The notes under the pieces: generated by a model
Told to the model about the DNA's origin: nothing
Seen by the model: the letters and a program-made list of their open reading frames with translations, nothing else
Database searches by the model: none
Part shown: positions 1 to 6,364 of the stretch, one piece after another
How the letters are laid out: each line of letters starts with the position of its first letter
Numbering within the stretch: position 1 is the first letter of the stretch
Made by a program: the position numbers and the translations under genes
Assembly (NCBI GenBank): GCA_031370645.1
Contig: JANMQV010000072.1
Coordinates: forward strand, 1-11,111
Source: Candidatus Eiseniibacteriota bacterium
GTDB taxonomy: Bacteria > Eisenbacteria > RBG-16-71-46 > SZUA-252
Length of the DNA: 11,111 nt
Direction: 5' to 3'

Positions 1-579
1 TCCGGCGACGTCGCCCAGGTGATCGACCGAGCGCTCGACGCCTTGATCACCGCGCTCGAAAAACGAACGATCGGTGTCGGGGCGAAGCGGATCGCGGCAT
101 CACGCTCCGGGCGTCACATACCCGCACGGGTTCGGCGGGCCGTGTGGGAGCGCGACGGGGGCCAGTGCACCTTCGCGAGCGCGACCGGTGTGAGGTGCGA
201 TAGTCGGCGGTTTCTCGAATTCGACCATGTCGACCCCGTGGCACGAGGAGGAGCCTCGAGCGTGGATCGAGTACGCCTACGGTGTCGGGCGCACAATCAG
301 CTCGAAGCGGAGCGCGCATTCGGGGCCGCGTTCATGCGGAAGAAGCGGGCGGCGCGACTCGAAGCGGACCAGGCGCGCGAGGGGGCCGCCGGGGTGGGAC
401 GCGACGACCGACAGGACCTTCTCGCCGGGCTACGCCGCCTCGGATTCCGGGCGGACGAAGCCCATCGCGCGGCGGAGCATACGAGGTTCATTCGAGGCGC
501 CTCACTGGAGGAGCGCTTCCGCGCGGCACTCCAGTTTCTCGGCAGGGGCAGAATTCATGGGGACGGCGTGCGGGGGTGA
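1..579 (+). CDS. HNH endonuclease with C-terminal RuvA domain III-like helical module (5' partial)
   Basis: Frame is open from base 1 (SGDVAQVIDRALDALI...), so the gene probably starts upstream of the window. HNH/Zn-finger motifs: RHIPARVRRAVWERDGGQC-x9-C, LEFDHVDPVARGG, LRCRAHNQ. The C-terminus DLLAGLRRLGFRADEAHRAA...SLEERFRAALQFL resembles RuvA_C. Stop TGA at 577-579. Confidence 0.88.
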   Translation, partial: SGDVAQVIDRALDALITALEKRTIGVGAKRIAASRSGRHIPARVRRAVWERDGGQCTFASATGVRCDSRRFLEFDHVDPVARGGASSVDRVRLRCRAHNQLEAERAFGAAFMRKKRAARLEADQAREGAAGVGRDDRQDLLAGLRRLGFRADEAHRAAEHTRFIRGASLEERFRAALQFLGRGRIHGDGVRG

Positions 580-678
580 CTTTTCGCTTCTAGTTCCGCC
601 GGTCTTCGCGTTAAGTCGGGGCCTGGCTCTTTTGGCGTCGGGGCGCCCCAATTCGTGACTCGGGAGGATGATCTAGCC

Positions 679-1050
679 TTACATGACCACTCTGAATCGA
701 TCGATCCCGTTGCTGGTCGTCTGCGCGGCAATGCTCCTGGCCGCGACGAGCCCCCAATCCCCCGCTCCAGGCGGCACACGAAGCGCCGCGTACGGGGGCC
801 AGCACGCACCCCATGCGCGACCACCTCTCGTTGCCGGTCGGTTGGTCGGCGAAGCACGACTGGCCCGTCCTTGTTGCGGCGGTTGCTTCTGCGCTCGGAC
901 GGTAATGATACCCATGATCAAACAGAAGATCCCGCCGGCGGCCCCAGCGAAATTCGGTCTCTTGTCCACCCACGAGATGGTGGCCGCGACGAATGCCAGG
1001 CCGGCCGCCACAAACCAAAGAACTGCGACGACTCGCTTCGACGGTGCCAC
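679..1050 (-). CDS. Small hypothetical membrane protein (two N-terminal TM helices; C-terminal extension doubtful)
   Basis: Strong SD (AAGGAGG) 6 nt before a GTG start at 1050, 41 bp downstream of the TPR gene on the same strand. Two hydrophobic segments (VVAVLWFVAAGLAFVAATISWV; FAGAAGGIFCLIMGIITV). After about aa 61 the sequence looks like low-information read-through. Confidence 0.55.
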   Translation of the reverse strand: MAPSKRVVAVLWFVAAGLAFVAATISWVDKRPNFAGAAGGIFCLIMGIITVRAQKQPPQQGRASRASPTNRPATRGGRAWGACWPPYAALRVPPGAGDWGLVAARSIAAQTTSNGIDRFRVVM

Positions 1051-1091
1051 GATACGCCTCCTTCAGCCTGGCTCGCTAGGTCTCCCGCAGC

Positions 1092-2648
1092 TCAGCGCGA
1101 TGAAGTGCCTGTAGTCTTCTGGCCACTCTTAGTCCTCTCCAACCCGCGAAGGCTATTCCGCCTTCCGGGCGATGATTTCAGCACTTCCTCGTATTCCGAA
1201 ACGGCCTCCGCGGGCTTTCCCAACTCCACCAGGAGATCCGCGAGTTGCTCCCTGGCCGGCAGTAATGCACCGGGAGTCACTGGGCTCTTGTCGATCGAGT
1301 CCTCGAGATCCGCCGCCGAGCGCATGAGTCGAACCGCCTTGTCGTCCTTCTTCTCGGCGTGGGCGATCCATCCACCTACTTCGCGCCGCTCCACCTCGAC
1401 CTGAGCCCCCCAGTTGTAGCCATCCTTCACGCCGGCCAACGACTGATGAATCGCATCGAGCCGCGCGAGCGCCTGTTGGGCCACGTGCAGACCTCCCGAT
1501 CGAGCCGCACCGATTCCCCGCGCGGTTTGCGTGAGCGCCTCAGCCCACGGAAATTTGTCCCACGAGAACCAAGCAGGAGCCACCGCGAGTCCTGCCGCAT
1601 CCTCCCAGGCGCGTCGCTCGAGCGCGTACCGTGCCGGAACCGCCGCGAACGCGTACGCCGCTGAAGGTGTCTCCTGATTCACGTTGGGCACCGCGTGAAT
1701 CGCATCGACGATTCCCTTGGCATCGGAGTCACGGCCGAGTTGGAGGTAGGCATATTCCAGGTAGTCGAACGCGTGCAGCTCTTCGAAGTAAGTCGAACCG
1801 GGTCGCGTCGCCGCCATCAGCTCCCTGGCCGCCTTCGCGGCGGCGAGGTTCGACTGAATCGATTCCTCCCAGAGTCCGAGCCGCGTGAAGATGTGGGACG
1901 GCATGTGCTGGGCGTGGGCCGCGGAGGGCGCGATCTTCGAATAAGCGCGCGCCGCCGGCAGGGCCAAGGACGCCAATCCGGGGGAATCGAGGCTGTGGAT
2001 CAAGTAGTGCGCCACACCTGGATGGTCGGGAGCCTTCGGTAGCACGGCGTTCAGGAGTTCCGCGGCTCTCTTCTGTGCCGCGTAGGTCTTATCGGTCGGC
2101 GAGGCGTTACCGAGGATCGAGAGGGCATAGAAGACCGTTCCTTCGAGATCATCGGGGAAGCGGAGGTGGAGTTGCTCCATCGCCTTCTCGTACACCACCC
2201 TTCTCTCGGTGGCGGAGAGGCGATCGGAGTCCTTGTAGTATGTCTCGATGGCCGCGATGTAGCTCTTCTCCCGGTCGTTCTTGCCGCCAAGTTTCGCCGC
2301 CGTCTCGATCGCGAGACGCCCGCGATCGAAGTCCGCCTGCGTCGTGGCTCCCCAAATCGGATGGTAGTTGCACATGGCGATTCCCCAGAACGCCATGGCG
2401 CAATTCGGATCCTGGTCGGCGATGGAACGAAAGCCGCGCTCTGCCTGTTCGTACTCGAACGAGTGGAGCAGTGCGACAGCGCGGTCGAAACTCGCTTGAG
2501 TCTTGGAATCGACCGCGACCAGGAAATGCACGGTGCCGAGTTTCTCGGGGGGCACGGCCTCGTGGACGTGATCTTCGTGCGCAACGGTGGTGCGGGCGCT
2601 CAGTGAAAGTACGGACATCACGGCGATGGTGAGCGCGATGCGTGTCAT
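1092..2648 (-). CDS. Secreted TPR-like alpha-helical repeat protein (uncharacterised)
   Basis: 518 aa. GGAGG SD before ATG. Sec-type signal peptide (MTRIALTIAVMSVLSLSARTTVA). TPR-like repeats (FDRAVALLHSFEYEQAERGF...DPNCAMAFWGIAM; LLVELGKPAEAVSEYEEVLKSSPGRRNSL). His cluster DHPGVAHYLIH...HAQHMPSHIF. Confidence 0.85.
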   Translation of the reverse strand: MTRIALTIAVMSVLSLSARTTVAHEDHVHEAVPPEKLGTVHFLVAVDSKTQASFDRAVALLHSFEYEQAERGFRSIADQDPNCAMAFWGIAMCNYHPIWGATTQADFDRGRLAIETAAKLGGKNDREKSYIAAIETYYKDSDRLSATERRVVYEKAMEQLHLRFPDDLEGTVFYALSILGNASPTDKTYAAQKRAAELLNAVLPKAPDHPGVAHYLIHSLDSPGLASLALPAARAYSKIAPSAAHAQHMPSHIFTRLGLWEESIQSNLAAAKAARELMAATRPGSTYFEELHAFDYLEYAYLQLGRDSDAKGIVDAIHAVPNVNQETPSAAYAFAAVPARYALERRAWEDAAGLAVAPAWFSWDKFPWAEALTQTARGIGAARSGGLHVAQQALARLDAIHQSLAGVKDGYNWGAQVEVERREVGGWIAHAEKKDDKAVRLMRSAADLEDSIDKSPVTPGALLPAREQLADLLVELGKPAEAVSEYEEVLKSSPGRRNSLRGLERTKSGQKTTGTSSR

Positions 2649-2728
2649 GGGTGCCTCCGAGTGGTCCTGCGTTCAACTGGTTCGGGCATGCTCATCCCCA
2701 CGTGAAAGTTGGTTGCTCCAAACATTGA

Positions 2729-3616
2729 TCAACGACCCCGCGACGCTCTAGTCGCGGCGACCGCATTCGCCCGGGCGAAGAGTTTGGGGCGTCTCCAATT
2801 CTCCGCCAACGCTTCGAATTCGGCCTTCGGGCCGCGATAGGCTAGTTTGTCCACGGTGGCCTTCGGCTGATCGGTGCGCAGGGTGGCCAGTCTCCGAAAT
2901 AGCAGCGCATCTTCCCACTTCTCGCGAAGGACGCTGCCGAGTTTCTCAGCGCCTCGAAGGGCCACATCCCACGCGTCGACCGACTTTGGAATTTTTTCCA
3001 GATGCCTGTATCGGGCCAGCACCGTGGCCGCGGATTTGGCACCCCAGCCCGGGAGGCCGGGGTAGCCGTCGGCACTGTCGCCGACGAGAGCAAGGTAGTC
3101 GGGGATCGAGGAGGGCGCGACGCCGAACTTCTCCTCGATGCCGTGCTCGTTCAGGATATTTCCCGTCCGCCGCTCGAGCATCACGATCCGATCCCCGCGC
3201 ACGCACTGCGCGAGGTCCTTGTCGGGCGAGCAGAGGAGAACCTGCGTGACACGGCGGTCGGCGGAGGCGATCGCGGCCACCGCGGCCAGTGCATCATCCG
3301 CTTCGACTTCCACCATTGGCCAGATCACGACCCCGAGCGCCTCGATGGCCGCTTCCAGCGGCTCGAACTGTTCCCAGAGCAGGGGATCGATTCCCTCGCC
3401 GGTCTTGTAACCCGCATACATGTCATTTCGGAACGATTCGATGACGTGATCGGTGGCCACACCGATGTGGGTCGCGTCGCCTTCGAGCATGCCGACGAGC
3501 GACTGGATGACGCCGACCAGGGCACCGCACTCCTTGCCGGCGTTGTCCTTCATCTTCGGAACCGCGAAGAAGTGCCGGAAGAGTTCGTACGTGCCGTCGA
3601 CGAGATGAACGCGCAT
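2729..3616 (-). CDS. Stand-alone 5'-3' exonuclease / flap endonuclease (PolI N-terminal domain family, FenA-like)
   Basis: 295 aa with PIN-like and H3TH motifs: LVDGTYELFRHFF, ATD, FRNDMYAGYK, EVEADD, SPDKDLAQ, DYLALVGDSADGYPGLPGWGAKSA. No polymerase domain. Purine-rich SD (AGGGGGG) upstream. Confidence 0.93.
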   Translation of the reverse strand: MRVHLVDGTYELFRHFFAVPKMKDNAGKECGALVGVIQSLVGMLEGDATHIGVATDHVIESFRNDMYAGYKTGEGIDPLLWEQFEPLEAAIEALGVVIWPMVEVEADDALAAVAAIASADRRVTQVLLCSPDKDLAQCVRGDRIVMLERRTGNILNEHGIEEKFGVAPSSIPDYLALVGDSADGYPGLPGWGAKSAATVLARYRHLEKIPKSVDAWDVALRGAEKLGSVLREKWEDALLFRRLATLRTDQPKATVDKLAYRGPKAEFEALAENWRRPKLFARANAVAATRASRGR

Positions 3617-3658
3617 CGGAGACCCCCCCTAGGCGGGCGTGGATGATCGATTTGGGGG

Positions 3659-3664
3659 AGTATA
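3659..3664 (-). promoter_or_regulatory. Possible sigma70 -10 box (TATACT) for the exonuclease gene
   Basis: TATACT on the minus strand about 43 bp upstream of the ATG at 3616, in a GC-rich background. No convincing -35. Confidence 0.35.
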
Positions 3665-3738
3665 GGACTCTTCGCGGCCGCGCGCTCCCAGGCAGCAGGC
3701 ACGAAATCCAGGATCTCCTCCCCGCATCTAAACCGAGG

Positions 3739-3747
3739 TGGTAAACT
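3739..3747 (+). promoter_or_regulatory. Putative extended -10 promoter of ssrA (TGgTAAACT)
   Basis: TGn-TAAACT lies 48 bp upstream of the mature tmRNA 5' end, consistent with a precursor leader removed by RNase P. Confidence 0.5.
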
Positions 3748-3795
3748 CAACCCGAAGCGGGATGCAGCCGGACCCCGCGCATTTCTCAACCCAAT

Positions 3796-4147
3796 GGGGG
3801 CGAACGGATTCGACGGAGTCGTGAACTCAGAATCGCGCGCCGAGGTGCCCGTGGCTCGTAAAACAATGGGCAAAAGTCAGAAGCCAATTCTGAATTGGCT
3901 CTCGCAGCCTAACTAGGCTGCTTGCGCTTGACCTGTCTGCGCCTGCCGAGGCGGGATCGGGCGTCATCAAGGTGGGCTAGTCCTCACGATTCGCCTGAGT
4001 TGGGGGGACGAAACTACATCAGGCTAGCGATCCCGTGACCTAGTCTGGCAGCGTCCGGAGTCGCGAAATCTCGATGCTAGACTACGCGCGTAGTGCTTCT
4101 GTCGGATCGGCTTTCGGACGAGGGTTCAATTCCCTCCGCCTCCACCA
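3796..4147 (+). ncRNA. ssrA: tmRNA (transfer-messenger RNA), one-piece, 352 nt
   Basis: 5' end GGGGGCGAACGGATTCGAC. Acceptor stem GGGGGCG (3796-3802) pairs with CGCCTCC (4137-4143) and includes the G3.U alanine identity pair. Discriminator A plus encoded CCA (4144-4147). T-arm GAGGG-TTCAATT-CCCTC. Pseudoknot 1 (CGAG/CTCG, TGCCC/GGGCA). Tag ORF ends in ALAA-TAA at a hairpin (GCAGCCT...AGGCTGC). Confidence 0.98.
3883..3912 (+). other. tmRNA tag reading frame: (A)ANSELALAA*
   Basis: GCC AAT TCT GAA TTG GCT CTC GCA GCC TAA, just after pseudoknot 1, with the canonical C-terminal ALAA degron. Confidence 0.9.
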
Positions 4148-4155
4148 CCATTGCC

Positions 4156-4183
4156 AAGGACCGGACTGACCTCCGGTCCTTTT
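4156..4183 (+). terminator. Intrinsic terminator-like hairpin after ssrA
   Basis: Perfect inverted repeat AAGGACCGGA-ctgacc-TCCGGTCCTT. The T-run is short (4 T, 4180-4183). Confidence 0.7.
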
Positions 4184-4216
4184 CCATTGTCTCGCAGCGA
4201 GCGACAGGGAGGAGCG

Positions 4217-4471
4217 ATGCCGAAGGAACTCGTGATGCGCTACGACAACGGGGAAGTGATTGTCGTCTGGAAGCCGGCGCTCTGCATCCATTCGGGCGTC
4301 TGCTTTCGGGGGCTCCCGCGGGTGTTCGATCCCCGACGCCGCCCGTGGATCACCCTGGAAAGCGCCTCGACGCAGGAGATTGTCGCCCAGGTGGCCCGCT
4401 GCCCCTCCGGGGCATTGTCGGTCGTTCGCCGCGCCGAGGGGACGGAGTCCGATTCGCCCACCGAATCCTGA
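4217..4471 (+). CDS. YjdI-family divergent 4Fe-4S mono-cluster protein (84 aa)
   Basis: SD GGAGGAG before ATG 4217 (start moved from the 4151 in the ORF track). Motif Y-x-NGEVIVVWKPALCIHSGVCFRGLPRVFDPRRRPWI...CPSGALS is characteristic of the family. Confidence 0.9.
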   Translation: MPKELVMRYDNGEVIVVWKPALCIHSGVCFRGLPRVFDPRRRPWITLESASTQEIVAQVARCPSGALSVVRRAEGTESDSPTES

Positions 4472-4594
4472 CGTACCCGCTCCATCTTCCCTTGCGCGCC
4501 CGGCCCCGCGTCATGCAGCATGCGGACATTCGGAACGCCGGGCGCCCCACGCGCTTGGTCGTCGATGACCATGCCACAGGGAGGAGATCGAGTT

Positions 4595-6364
4595 ATGATC
4601 CAGAGTCCCTCTCACCCCGCGCGACCCCGGAACGCTGCCGGTCTCGCTGCCATCCTGTTCTGCATCTCCTTCGTATCGCCCGCCTCGGCCACCACCTTCA
4701 CGCGAAACCCCTACATCAACCTCGTGACGCCGAATTCCGCGACGGTGGTCTGGCACACGGATACGGCGACGACGGGCAGCGTCGTCTACAGCGAAGACCT
4801 CTCCTACAGCCTCTCGGCAACTGACGGGGTCACCGACACGATTCACGTGGTCACCCTCACCAGCCTCACGCCGGAGACCATCTACTTCTATCGCGTCACG
4901 GCCGGCCCCGACACCTTGACGCCGCCGGGGGACTACCTGGAGACAGCTCCTCTTCCGTCGCCGACCGCGACATTCAGCTTCGCCGCTCTCGGCGACCTCG
5001 GCGCGGCGACGACGAATCAGATGGACGTTGCGGCCCAGCTCAACGCCGTCGCGCCCAAGTTCGCCATCCTCACGGGCGACATCATCTACGAAGCGGGCGA
5101 ACGGGAAAACTTCGACCCGCAATACTTCCAGATCTATCAACAGACTCTCGCGAATATCCCGTTCTATCCGTCGATGGGAAATCACGACCTCGGGACGGCC
5201 AACGGACAGCCGTATCTCGACAACTTCTACCTCCCGACGAATACCGCCACCGGAAGCGAGCGCTACTACTCGTTCGACTACGGGAACGCCCATTTCGTGT
5301 CGTTGGAGATCACGCAAGAGAATACGGCCCCGAACTCCCAGATGCTCACATGGCTCGACCAAGATCTGGCAGCCTCTTCGCAGCTCTGGAAGTTTGTCTA
5401 TTTCCACGTCCCCGCTTACTCGAATAGTTCGACGCATGGCGGTGACGCGACGATCGCCGCGGCGCTCGAGCCGATTTTAGACGCCCGCGGAGTCGACGTT
5501 GTATTCCAGGGGCACAATCACTTCTATACGCGCACCTACCCGCTCGTCGCTGGAACTCCGGCAAATACCGCCGACGAGCCTTCCTACTACAATCCAAGCG
5601 GACCGATTTGGATCACCACCGGCGGCGGCGGTCGCGCGCTCTATCCGGTTGATCCGCTCAGCTCCATCGAGGCCGTCTCCGTCAGCGACTTTCACTTCGT
5701 CTACGCATTCGTAACGGGCCCCGTTTTGGCCTTGGTGGCCATTTCCTCGACCGGTGTGGATTTAGACGTGGCGTCGATCACGAAGACGCCGACCACGGCG
5801 ATTGCGCTCGCCGACTTCGTGGCGACCGGGGAACCTGATGGCGTCCGGCTCCGGTGGAAGCGGACCGACGGGGGAGACGACGGCGGGTTCAATGTCTACC
5901 GCGCGCTCGACGCGGCCGGGCCGTGGACACGCCTCAATCCCGCCCTTCTCCGGGGCGGCAGTTCGTTCGAGTATGTCGATCGCGACGCTGAAGCAGGCGT
6001 CCCCTACGCGTACCGCCTAGGGGTCGTCGACGGGCAGGGGAACGAAACGGCAACTTCGTCCGTGTCGGCGACGCGCCAGGGACCGCTCCGCTTCGCGCTC
6101 GAACGGCCGCGCCCGAATCCCGCCCGCGGGAGCGCCACCATCCCGTTCACGCTCGGCCGTCCCGCGCGGACGCGCGTCTTCATCGTGGACGTCAACGGGC
6201 GCGTGGTCCGCGATCTCGCGTCCCGCACGATGCCGGCCGGCCCGCAAACGCTCACGTGGGACGGCCGCGACGCGGCGGGTGGCTCCGTCGCATCGGGGAT
6301 CTACTTCGCCGTCGTCCGCTCCGACGGGCACGAGGCACGGACTCGCTTGGCGCTGCTCCGTTGA
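4595..6364 (+). CDS. Secreted purple acid phosphatase-type metallophosphoesterase with N-terminal FN3-like domain and C-terminal Ig/FN3 plus FlgD-Ig domains
   Basis: SD GGAGGAG before ATG 4595. Signal peptide ...LAAILFCISFVSPASA. All five PAP motifs are present: GDLG, GDIIY, GNHD, VYFH, GHNH. The C-terminus PNPARGSATIPFTL...IVDVNGRVVRDL...LTWDGRDAAGGSVASGIYF is FlgD-Ig-like. Confidence 0.9.
   Translation: MIQSPSHPARPRNAAGLAAILFCISFVSPASATTFTRNPYINLVTPNSATVVWHTDTATTGSVVYSEDLSYSLSATDGVTDTIHVVTLTSLTPETIYFYRVTAGPDTLTPPGDYLETAPLPSPTATFSFAALGDLGAATTNQMDVAAQLNAVAPKFAILTGDIIYEAGERENFDPQYFQIYQQTLANIPFYPSMGNHDLGTANGQPYLDNFYLPTNTATGSERYYSFDYGNAHFVSLEITQENTAPNSQMLTWLDQDLAASSQLWKFVYFHVPAYSNSSTHGGDATIAAALEPILDARGVDVVFQGHNHFYTRTYPLVAGTPANTADEPSYYNPSGPIWITTGGGGRALYPVDPLSSIEAVSVSDFHFVYAFVTGPVLALVAISSTGVDLDVASITKTPTTAIALADFVATGEPDGVRLRWKRTDGGDDGGFNVYRALDAAGPWTRLNPALLRGGSSFEYVDRDAEAGVPYAYRLGVVDGQGNETATSSVSATRQGPLRFALERPRPNPARGSATIPFTLGRPARTRVFIVDVNGRVVRDLASRTMPAGPQTLTWDGRDAAGGSVASGIYFAVVRSDGHEARTRLALLR

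Noticed and set aside
610..616. GTTAAGT matching the integron attC core GTTRRRY, near small ORFs
   Set aside because: No complementary RYYYAAC inverse core at a suitable distance upstream, no repeated attC sites and no integron integrase.
655..1404. 249-aa plus-strand ORF
   Set aside because: Low-complexity Arg/Ser/Pro-rich sequence, antisense to the TPR and two-TM genes. No motifs.
2729..3616. polA pseudogene or fragment
   Set aside because: The ORF is intact with its own SD and stop, and no polymerase-domain remnant follows. It fits the known stand-alone FEN class.
3866..3916. ATG-initiated 16-codon ORF within the tmRNA (MGKSQKPILNWLSQPN)
   Set aside because: It starts inside pseudoknot 1, has no SD and is out of frame with the canonical ALAA tag. 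Incidental.
4093..4824. 243-aa ORF starting inside the tmRNA
   Set aside because: Overlaps ssrA, the YjdI gene and the phosphatase in another frame. Arg/Pro-rich with no recognisable domain.
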